Shown here: in pieces, positions 1-10,344 of the stretch | Layout: each line of letters begins with the position of its first letter | How positions within the stretch are numbered: position 1 is the stretch's first letter | From: Eledone cirrhosa | Lineage: Eukaryota | Direction of reading: 5' to 3' | NCBI GenBank assembly: GCA_964016885.1 | Contig: OZ024764.1 | Span: 15,996,001-16,060,000, forward strand | DNA length: 64,000 nt | Notes under the pieces: model-generated | The model's input: the letters and a program-made list of their open reading frames with translations, nothing else | Told to the model about the DNA's origin: nothing | Database searches by the model: none | Made by a program: the position numbers and the translations under genes

Positions 1-193
1 TGGGTGCTTTTTATCGTGACACCTACGCAACCACTTTACAGTGTGGACTGCATGCGTGTGTATGTGTGTGTGGTTATGTATATATGTATGTGTGTATATG
101 TATGTGTGTATATGTATGTGTGTATATGCATGTGTATGTAGAGAGAGAAGTACCCATTACATTTGTTCGCCATGCGCCATTGCCTCTCTGCAG

Positions 194-442
194 ATATCTG
201 TCAACTCCCCAAGGATACAGGAAGCTGTTATAGCTACAGTCAACAATACTATCACAACTCGTGGACCGGTCAGTGTGAGACGTTTGTATACGGAGGTTGT
301 GGAGGGAATGGAAACCGTTTCCCCACCTTCGGAGATTGTCAATTCCGATGTGGATCAAAGACAACACCTCCGTACACAACACCACCAACAACACCAACAA
401 CAACAACACCAGCCACCACCACTAAGTTGAAGACTCCATCTA
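194..442 (+). CDS. PAPLN: Kunitz exon, tandem copy 1 (P1=Tyr) plus Thr/Pro linker
   Basis: ctctctgcag|ATATCTGT ... TCTA|gtaagt; 249 nt; DICQLPKDTGSCYSY...FVYGGCGGNGNRF...C..RC with six Cys. Confidence 0.9.
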
Positions 443-525
443 GTAAGTGATATACCAACACTCCTCCTACATGTTACGTTGTCTTGTTGGTCAGTTAACG
501 AATCCTACACACTGTGACAGTCTAT

Positions 526-1017
526 ATCATAATCATCATCACTGTTCTACGTCCGTTCTTCCACGCTAGCATGGGTTAGACGGGTTGTCCTGTTGTGGGC
601 AGTGTCCGGTCGGCTGACCTTGTCTTGCTCATACGAGAACTGATTCTGGCTTCACTTCTACAGCTGGATGCCCTTCCTAACACCAACCTCATTTACAGTG
701 AGTGCTGGGTGCTTTTTTGCCGTGGCACCTCCACGACCACTTTACAGTGAGTGCTGGGTGCTTTTTTGCCGTGGCACCTCCACGACTACTTTACAGTGAG
801 TGCTGGGTGCTTTTTTGCCATGGTGCCTACACGTCCACTTTGCAGTGGAATGATAGGGACCCCAGTCCTATCATCTCATTTCTACAGCTGAGTAAACTGG
901 AGCAATGTGAAATAAAGTGTCTTGCTCAAGGAAACAACACATCACCCAGTCTGAGAATTGAACTCACAACCTTTCCATTGCAAGGCCAATGCTCTAACCA
1001 CTAAGCGATGTGCTTCC
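526..1017 (-). mobile_element. tRNA-derived SINE, family 1
   Basis: Minus-strand head with box A (..GCTTAGTGG) and box B (GTTCAATTC); (GAT)n tail; homologous to 41816-42166. Confidence 0.8.
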
Positions 1018-1131
1018 ATCTATCTATAACTGTGTATATGTGTGTCTGTGTATATATGTGTATGTATATGTGTATGTAGTAAGAGAAGTACCCATTACAT
1101 CTGTTCGCCATGCGCCATTGCCTCTCTGCAG

Positions 1132-1380
1132 ATATCTGTCAACTCCCCAAGGATACAGGAAGCTGTCATAGCTACAGTCAACAATACTATCACAACTCGT
1201 GGACCGGTCAGTGTGAGACGTTTGTATACGGAGGTTGTGGAGGGAATGGAAACCGTTTCCCCACCTTCGGAGATTGTCACTTCCGATGTGGATCAAAGAC
1301 AACACCTCCGTACACAACACCACCAACAACACCAACAACAACAACACCAGCCACCACCACTAAGTTGAAGACTCCATCTA
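1132..1380 (+). CDS. PAPLN: Kunitz exon, tandem copy 2 (P1=His)
   Basis: Same splice sites as copy 1; 249 nt; GSCHSY and DCHFRC variants. Confidence 0.85.
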
Positions 1381-2115
1381 GTAAGTGATATACCAACACT
1401 CCTCCTACATGTTACGCTGTCTTGTTGGTCAGTTAACGAATTCTACACACTGTGTCAGTCTATATACATAAGAATAAAAATAGACAGAGAAACGGGACTC
1501 TCCATCATCAGTAGTCTGCTGATTATCATTGGTATTTCTTCGCATTAAAGACATTTTTTTATTCACATATAATGTTTCCCCTCGCTGTGGTTCGTATTTT
1601 TTCTATCACCTTACTGCTATCCTCTTTCTCTCACCCCCTTCTCTCTCCTTGCACCTCTTGCTTTCATTCACCCCTCCGCTGGTCACACACTCTCTCGGCT
1701 GGCCCCTTCCTCACACTTTCACTCACTCACTATCTGCTACTCCCCCTCCCTCACTTCCTCCCGTTTGACCTGTGTGAAATCCTTTTCTCTCACATTTCGA
1801 GCGGCTCGGACGTGTCTGCTTCTTCTCGTCGATTGATTTGCTCGGACTTAAGTCCACAAGATTCATTGACTTGTCTCTCTTTTCCTCGCTTTACGTTGCA
1901 CTACTACTATGTCATTTGTTTACTTACCCTTTCCAATTCGCTCTGTCCCAACAACTTAATTTAGTTATCGCTTGGACTGATTTTAGGTACTAGTCTTTAA
2001 TGCGAAGAAATAGCAATGATAAACAGCAGACTACTGATGATGGACAGTCCCGTTTCTCGGTCTATTTTTATTCATATGTATCACACTCGCAACAACGCAG
2101 GACGCCATTTTCTCA

Positions 2116-2149
<34 letters not shown>

Positions 2150-2175
2150 CAGTTAAAATCTACACACTGTGTCTT

Positions 2176-2217
<42 letters not shown>

Positions 2218-2249
2218 TATACCCAGTTAAAATCTACACACTGTGTCTT

Positions 2250-2300
<51 letters not shown>

Positions 2301-3664
2301 ATCTATATATATCCAGTAAAAATCTACACACTGTGTCTGCCTATATATCTATATCTATATATACCCAGTCAAAATCTACACACTGTGTCTTTGTGTATAT
2401 ATACCTATATCTATATCTATATATCTATAACGGCGATGAATTAGTTTTGCGAGGTTTTTTATATGAAATCGTGTGTTGAAACAAATATTGTTATACTTGG
2501 GGAGGGTCGTATTGTTATACTTGGGGAGGGTCATATTGTTATACTTGGGGAGGGTCATATTTGTGTGATAATATTACCAGAATTAATAACAGAACACACT
2601 CACTGTTTGGTTGGTTTTCGCTTCTGTGTCTTTTATATCGATTAATTTAATTTATTCGGTCCTCAATGTTGCCATTGGCTGACTAACGGTCAAAAATACA
2701 GATACAATATAGACACAAACACATATATATAGTATATCAAAGTTCTTTCGTTGCACATCTGCAACATCGTCAGTGGTGCTATTATGTTTCCTCCTGTTGT
2801 ATTGTATGCCTATGCCATCTTTATTTAGTCTGTTTATTTATTTATTGGTTATTGTATTCTATCTTAGTTTACTAGTGTGTGTTTATATGTGTTTGTTGTT
2901 ATTGTGCTTGTGTATGTATTTATTTATACTTTTCTTAGATCAGAGTTGTTTGTTTGAGTGGTGTTGTTATTCCATTCATTTTTTCTGTTTAGCCTTGGCC
3001 TTTTAAGTTCTATTTCGCTGGCCTCTCTGATTTGCCTATCTGCTGGGTCATTTCTATGTTTAGATATTATTCTAATTTCTATGTTGTCTATGTTACCTTT
3101 GTGTTGTTGTCTGGCATGTTCGTATTATGTGAGTGTGTTATGTTATTAATTCTGGCAATATTATCACACAAATATGACCCTCCCCAAGTATAACAATATA
3201 TATCTATATATATCCATCAAAAATCTACACACTGTGTCTGTCTATATATATATCTATATATATCCAGTAAAAATCTACACACTGTGTCTCTCTCTATATA
3301 TATATCTATATATATATCCAGTAAAAATCTACACTCTGTGTCTGTCTATATATATATCTATATATATATCCAGTAAAAATCTACACACTGTGTCTGTCTA
3401 TATATATATCTATATATATCCAGTAAAAATCTACACACTGTATCTATCTATATAATATATGTATATATATATATCTATTGGGGACTGGGTGCTTTTTATC
3501 GTGACACCTACGCAACCACTTTACAGTGTGGACTGCATGCGTGTGTATGTGTGTGTGGTTATGTATATATGTATGTGTGTATATGTATGTGTGTATATGC
3601 ATGTGTATGTAGAGAGAGAAGTACCCATTACATTTGTTCGCCATGCGCCATTGCCTCTCTGCAG

Positions 3665-3910
3665 ATATCTGTCAACTCCCCAAGGACACAGGAAGCTGTT
3701 ATAGCTACAGTCAACAATACTATCACAACTCGTGGACCGGTCAGTGTGAGATGTTTGTATACGGAGGTTGTGGAGGGAATGGAAACCGTTTCCCCACCTT
3801 CGGAGATTGTCAATTCCGATGTGGATCAAAGACAACACCTCCGTACACAACACCACCAACACCAACAACAACAACACCAGCCACCACCACTAAGTTGAAG
3901 ACTCCATCTA
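3665..3910 (+). CDS. PAPLN: Kunitz exon, tandem copy 3 (P1=Tyr; T>M; one-codon deletion in linker)
   Basis: cag|ATATCT ... TCTA|gtaagt; 246 nt, frame preserved. Confidence 0.85.
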
Positions 3911-3995
3911 GTAAGTGATATACCAACACTCCTCCTACATGTTACGTTGTCTTGTTGGTCAGTTAACGAATCCTACACACTGTGACAGTCTATAT

Positions 3996-4877
3996 CATAA
4001 TCATCATCACCGTTCTACGTCCGTTCTTCCACGCTAGCATGGGTTAGACGGGTTGTCCTGTTGTGGGCAGTGTCCGGTCGGCTGACCTTGTCTTGCTCAT
4101 ACGGGAACTGATTCTGGCTTCACTTCTACAGCTGGATGCCCTTCCAAACACAAACCTCATTTACAGTGAGTGCTGGGTGCTTTTTTGCCGTGGCACCTCC
4201 ACGACCACTTTACAGTGAGTGCTGGGTGCTTTTTTGCCGTGGCACCTCCACGACCACTTTACAGTGTGGGCTGGGTGCTTTTTTTCAATGGCACCTCCAC
4301 GATCACTTTAAAGTGAGCGCTGGGTGCTTTTTTGCCGTGGCACCTCCACGACCACTTTACAGTGTGGGCTGGGTGCTTTTTTGCCGTGGCACCTCCACGA
4401 CCACTTTACAGTGAGCGCTGGGTGCTTTTTTGCTGTGGCACCTCCACGACCACTTTACAGTGTGGGCTGGGTGTTTTTTTGCCGTGGCACCTCCACGACT
4501 ACTTTACAGTGAGTGCTGGGTGCTTTTTTGCCGTGGCACCTCCACGACCACTTTACAGTGAGCGCTGGGTGCTTTTTTGCTGTGGCACCTCCACGACCAC
4601 TTTACAGTGTGGGCTGGGTGTTTTTTTGCCGTGGCACCTCCACGACTACTTTACAGTGAGTGCTGGGTGCTTTTTTGCCATGGTGCCTACACGTCCACTT
4701 TGCAGTGGAATGATAGGGACCCCAGTCCTATCATCTCATTTCTACAGCTGAGTAAACTGGAGCAATGTGAAATAAAGTGTCTTGCTCAAGGAAACAACAC
4801 ATCACCCAGTCTGAGAATTGAACTCACAACCTTTCCATTGCAAGGCCAATGCTCTAACCACTAAGCCATGTGCCTCC
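3996..4877 (-). mobile_element. tRNA-derived SINE, family 1, with an internal 49-bp array (about 10 units)
   Basis: Paralog of 526-1017 within the exon-duplication unit. Confidence 0.8.
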
Positions 4878-4993
4878 ATCTATATATAACTGTGTAAATG
4901 TGTGTGTGTGTGTATATATGTGTGTGTATATGTGTATGTAGTAAGAGAAGTACCCATTACATCTGTTCGCCATGCGCCATTACCTCTCTGCAG

Positions 4994-5242
4994 ATATCTG
5001 TCAACTCCCCAAGGATACAGGAAGCTGTTATAGCTACAGTCAACAATACTATCACAACTCGTGGACCGGTCAGTGTGAGACGTTTGTATACGGAGGTTGT
5101 GGAGGGAATGGAAACCGTTTCCCCACCTTCGGAGATTGTCAATTCCGATGTGGATCAAAGACAACACCTCCGTACACAACAACACCAACAACACCAACAA
5201 CAACAACACCAGCCACCACCTCTAAGTTGAAGACTCCATCTA
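4994..5242 (+). CDS. PAPLN: Kunitz exon, tandem copy 4 (P1=Tyr)
   Basis: Same splice sites; 249 nt; intact six-Cys pattern. Confidence 0.85.
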
Positions 5243-5326
5243 GTAAGTGATATACCAACACTCCTCCTACATGTTACGTTGTCTTGTTGGTCAGTTAACG
5301 AATCTTACACACTGTGACAGTCTATA

Positions 5327-5768
5327 TCATCATCATCATCACCGTTCTATGTCCGTTCTTCCACGCTAGCATGGGTTAGATGGGTTGTCCTGTTGTGGGC
5401 AGTGTCCGGTCGGCTGACCTTGTCTTGCTCATACGAGAACTGATTCTGGCTTCACTTCTACAGCTGGATGCCCTTCCAAACACCAACCTCATTTACAGTG
5501 AGTGCTGGGTGCTTTTTTGCCGTGGCACCTCCACGACTACTTTACAGTGAGTGCTGGGTGCTTTTTTACCATGGCGCCTACATGTCCACTTTGCAGTGGA
5601 ATGATAGGGACCCCAGTCCTATCATCTCATTTCTACAGCTGAGTAAACTGGAGCAATGTGAAATAAAGTGTCTTGCTCAAGGAAACAACACATCACCCAG
5701 TCTGAGAATTGAACTCACAACCTTTCCATTGCAAGGCCAATGATCTAACCACTAAGCCATGTGCTTCC
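5327..5768 (-). mobile_element. tRNA-derived SINE, family 1
   Basis: Paralog of 526-1017. Confidence 0.8.
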
Positions 5769-5882
5769 ATCTATCTATAACTGTGTATATGTGTGTCTGT
5801 GTATATATGTGTATGTATATGTGTATGTAGTAAGAGAAGTACCCATTACATCTGTTCGCCATGCGCCATTGCCTCTCTGCAG

Positions 5883-6131
5883 ATATCTGTCAACTCCCCA
5901 AGGATACAGGAAGCTGTCATAGCTACAGTCAACAATACTATCACAACTCGTGGACCGGTCAGTGTGAGACGTTTGTATACGGAGGTTGTGGAGGGAATGT
6001 AAACCGTTTCCCCACCTTCGGAGATTGTCACTTCCGATGTGGATCAAAGACAACACCTCCGTACACAACACCACCAACAACACCAACAACAACAACACCA
6101 GCCACCACCACTAAGTTGAAGACTCCATCTA
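5883..6131 (+). CDS. PAPLN: Kunitz exon, tandem copy 5 (P1=His; GNGNRF>GNVNRF)
   Basis: Same splice sites; 249 nt. Confidence 0.85.
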
Positions 6132-6237
6132 GTAAGTGATATACCAACACTCCTCCTACATGTTACGTTGTCTTGTTGGTCAGTTAACGAATTCTACACA
6201 CTGTGACAGTCTATATATCTATCTATCTATCTATCTA

Positions 6238-6281
<44 letters not shown>

Positions 6282-6314
6282 TATATATTTAATGTATAAT
6301 AAACAATACAATAT

Positions 6315-6392
6315 AATTACCTCATTACCAGAGGTTTCCCGAATAAGACAAATACAAGAAACATCTGCATTCGTTCGTCAGACAAGGCAATT
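6315..6392 (-). ncRNA. Type-I hammerhead ribozyme motif (inverted-pair member)
   Basis: Minus strand: aattgccttgt CTGACGA [stem II] GAAA CC-TCT-GG TA atgaggtaatt. Confidence 0.7.
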
Positions 6393-6398
6393 ACTTGG

Positions 6399-6476
6399 AA
6401 TTGCCTTGTCTGATGAACGAATGCGGACATTTCTTGTATTTGTCTTATTCGGGAAACCTCTGGTAATGAGGTAATT
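6399..6476 (+). ncRNA. Type-I hammerhead ribozyme motif
   Basis: aattgccttgt CTGATGA ...gaat/attc... GAAA CCTCTGG TA atgaggtaatt; 11-bp stem I with wobbles; GUA cleavage triplet. Confidence 0.7.
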
Positions 6477-6654
6477 ATATTGTATTGTTTATTATACATT
6501 AAATATTTAGCTCTGTAACTTACATAGAGCACTCTTCACTCCTATGACTTTTTCAATTTTCAACGGAAACTTCAATACATACATATATATATATATATAT
6601 ATATGAGGGTGTTAAAGTTTGCTTGAAGCATTGTGAAATGTGTAAAATACGACG

Positions 6655-6693
<39 letters not shown>

Positions 6694-6789
6694 CAGTCAA
6701 AATCTACACACTATGTCTTTGTGTATATATATATCTATATCTATATCTATCCAGTAAAAATCTACACACTGTGTCTGTCTATATATCTA

Positions 6790-6831
<42 letters not shown>

Positions 6832-7224
6832 AAAATGTTCAAGACCTCGACGGCAGAGCTCAAACCGTTTGGTCCAGAAATAGCCATCGAAATGGCTTGA
6901 GCTCTGCCGTCGGGCTCTTGAACATTTTCCTATTACCCACTCTACTACCCAAAGTATTGAGTACTCTGGTGCGTTAGCGTCCACCTGGTTCCTTACCACA
7001 CTTCCTTCATTATATATATATATATATATATTTATCCACTCAACATCTACACACTCTCTGTCTATATATACTATCATCATCACCGTTTTATGTCAATTCT
7101 TCCACACTAGCATGTGTTAGACGAGTTGTCCTGTTGTGGGCAATGCCAGGTCAGGTGACCATTTCTTGCTCATACAGAACTGAGTTTGGCTTGGTTTCTA
7201 CAACTGGTTGCCCTTCCTAACACC

Positions 7225-8240
7225 AACCACTTTACATTAGGGGCTGGGTGCTTTTTATCGTGACACCTACACCACCACTTTACATTAGGGGTTGGGTGCT
7301 TTTTATCGTGACACCTACACCACCACTTTACATTAGGGGTTGGGTGCTTTTTATTGTGACACCTACACCACCACTTTACATTAGGGGCTGGGTGCTTTTT
7401 ATCGTGACACCTACACCACCACTTTACATTAGGGGTTGGGTGCTTTTTATTGTGACACCTACACCACCACTTTACATTAGGGGTTGGGTGCTTTTTATTG
7501 TGACACCTACACCACCACTTTACATTAGGGGCTGGGTGTTTTTTATTGTGACACCTACACCACCACTTTACATTAGGGGCTGGGTGCTTTTTATCGTGAC
7601 ACCTACATGACCACTTTACATTAGGGGCTGGGTGCTTTTTATCGTGACACCTACACCACCACTTTACATTAGGGGCTGGGTGCTTTTATCGTGACACCTA
7701 CATGACCACTTTACATTAGGGGCTGGTTGCTTTTTATCGTGACACCTACACCACCACTTTACATTAGGGGCTGGGTGCTTTTTGTCGTGACACCTACACC
7801 ACCACTTTACATTAGGGGCTGAGTGCTTTTATCGTGACACCTACATGACCACTTTACATTAGGGGTTGGGTGCTTTTTATTGTGACACCTACACCACCAC
7901 TTTACATTAGGGGCTGGGTGCTTTTTATCGTGACACCTACATGACCACTTTACATTAGGGGCTGGGTGCTTTTTATCGTGACACCTACATGACCACTTTA
8001 CATTAGGGGCTGGTTGCTTTTTATCGTGACACCTACACCACCACTTTACATTAGGGGCTGGGTGCTTTTATCGTGACACCTACACCACCACTTTACATTA
8101 GGGGCTGGGTGCTTTTATCGTGACACCTACATGACCACTTTACATTAGGGGCTGGGTGCTTTTATCGTGACACCTACATGACCACTTTACATTAGGGGCT
8201 GGGTGCTTTTTATTGTGACACCTACACCACCACTTTACAG
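7225..8240. repeat. 48-bp minisatellite (about 21 units) expanded from a SINE-1-like segment
   Basis: Unit tttatcgtgacacctacaccaccactttacattaggggctgggtgctt; preceded by SINE-tail sequence from about 7073. Confidence 0.9.
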
Positions 8241-8339
8241 TGTGGGCTGGAGGCTTCACTGGATGTCTGCGTGGGGATGGGTAGGGTGTGATTGGGTGGG
8301 GTGGTGCATATTATACATATGCTTCATCTTCAGCCTGTG

Positions 8340-8739
8340 ACCGTGGGAAGTCAGGTCTTCTGTATTACTGCTTAATGCCAGAGGTCCCTGCCCTCTGTCA
8401 TCACATGTGAGAGGTGTAATTGGTCAGGTCAGCTTTTATCACCTCATCCCAGGTCTTACTGGGTCTCCCCACTCCACTGCCTCCATTGACTTTGAGCACT
8501 CTGCACCTTATTATACAGCTGTTATCCTTTGTATGTATCACATGTCCATACCAGCGCAACCTCCTCTCCTGCACACTGCATTTGATTCCTCTTAAGCCTA
8601 GCTTCTCTCTCAATATCTTTATGCTTTGCCATTCACGTATATTACTATTACACAGCCATCGGAGCATGCAAGCTTCATTTCTTCCCAATCTACGCAAGTC
8701 TTCTGCACACAGCGCCCAGGTCTCGCTACCATGCAACAT

Positions 8740-8740
<1 letters not shown>
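8340..8740 (-). mobile_element. RTE-clade LINE fragment (RT C-terminal region)
   Basis: MLHGSETWAL...MLRW...RRLRWYGHV...GRPSKTWDEVIKADL. Confidence 0.8.
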
Positions 8741-8786
<46 letters not shown>

Positions 8787-8874
8787 ATGTATATGTATGT
8801 GTGTATATGCATGTGTGTGAAGAGAGAGAAGTACCCATTACATCTGTTCGCCATGCGCCATTGCCTCTCTGCAG

Positions 8875-9123
8875 ATATCTGTCAACTCCCCAAGGACACA
8901 GGAAGCTGTTATAGCTACAGTCAACAATACTATCACAACTCGTGGACCGGTCAGTGTGAGACGTTTGTATACGGAGGTTGTGGAGGGAATGGAAACCGTT
9001 TCCCCACCTTCGGAGATTGTCAATTCCGATGTGGATCAAAGACAACGCGTCCGTACACAACACCAACTACAACACCAACAACAACAACACCAGCCACCAC
9101 CACTGAGTTGAAGATTTTGTCCA
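8875..9123 (+). CDS. PAPLN: Kunitz exon, tandem copy 6 (P1=Tyr; diverged linker)
   Basis: gcag|ATATCT ... TCCA|gtaagt; 249 nt. Confidence 0.88.
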
Positions 9124-9271
9124 GTAAGTTATATACCCACACTCTTCTTGGTCAATTCAAGATTTCTACACACTGTGCCTGCCTGTCTGTCAATATATAT
9201 ACATATATATATGTTGTTTAGGCACTACCTTGCCCACAAGTGTCTTTTTTAAGCTTCATATCATGCCTCCC

Positions 9272-9342
9272 TATTTTATCTGATGAGAACGCAAATATCA
9301 TCCCTGGATGATATTTGTTTTTGAAATACGCATAATAAAATA
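9272..9342 (+). ncRNA. Type-I hammerhead ribozyme motif (unpaired, sense to papilin)
   Basis: tattttat CTGATGA gaacg caaatatcatcc ct ggatgatatttg ttttt GAAA TACGCA TA ataaaata; perfect 8-bp stem I and a 12-bp complementary segment in stem II. Confidence 0.75.
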
Positions 9343-9567
9343 CATGGAACTTTTCTAACCATCTTTTAATTTCTTCTTATCTCTCTCTCTATATATAGAT
9401 ATAGATATATAGATATATAGATATCCAGTCAATATCTACATATATATATCTATATATATATATATATATATATATCAGTCAATATCTACATATATATCTA
9501 TATATATATATATATCCAGTCAATATCTACACACTGTATCTGTCTGCCAATCTATATCTATATCTCA

Positions 9568-9614
<47 letters not shown>

Positions 9615-9729
9615 TAACTTTAATCTGTTATTTTAATAAATATTTGCTCTACGGTTCCCTTATATATTTGATATTTATTTATCCTTATCGAGCCCTCTTT
9701 GGATTTTGGTCTTCGAATTTATTATTATT

Positions 9730-9768
<39 letters not shown>

Positions 9769-9914
9769 TGAGATATAGATATAGATTGGCAGACAGATAC
9801 AGTGTGTAGATATTGACTGGATATATATATATATATAGATATATATGTAGATATTGACTGGATATATATATATCTATATATATATATATATCTATATCTA
9901 TCTATATCTATCTA

Positions 9915-9967
<53 letters not shown>

Positions 9968-10170
9968 TATGCAAGGAAACAATAGATACAGTATTACCTA
10001 TTTTTTCTTGAAAGTCCCTACTGCAGTCTCATTGACTGGTTAATGGTTAAAGTACCAGTAATGTACTGGGGGTAATTGCTGGCCTTGTACCAAAATTAGA
10101 AACAATTATTATTATTATCATTATCATTACTGTATATATATAAATATATATGTATTGTTTGTGTTAACAG

Positions 10171-10341
10171 GTCGTTATTGTCACCTGAAGGAGGAGGCAG
10201 GGGCTTGTGCAGACATTTTATACAGGTGGTACTACGACATTACTGACAACCGCTGTAAGAGGTTTATCTACTCAGGTTGCGGTGGCAACCACAACAGGTA
10301 TGAAACAATGGCGGAGTGTAAGAAAATATGTCATCCATCAG
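10171..10341 (+). CDS. PAPLN: Kunitz exon 7 (P1=Ala)
   Basis: ttaacag|GTCGTTATTGT ... TCAG|gtatgt; 171 nt; YCHLKEEAGACADILYRWYY...FIYSGCGGNHNRY...C.KIC. Confidence 0.9.
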
Positions 10342-10344
10342 GTA

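Noticed and set aside
194-9123. Six separate single-domain Kunitz toxin genes
   Set aside because: No signal peptides or credible start codons; each is a symmetric phase-1 internal exon compatible with the downstream papilin exons.
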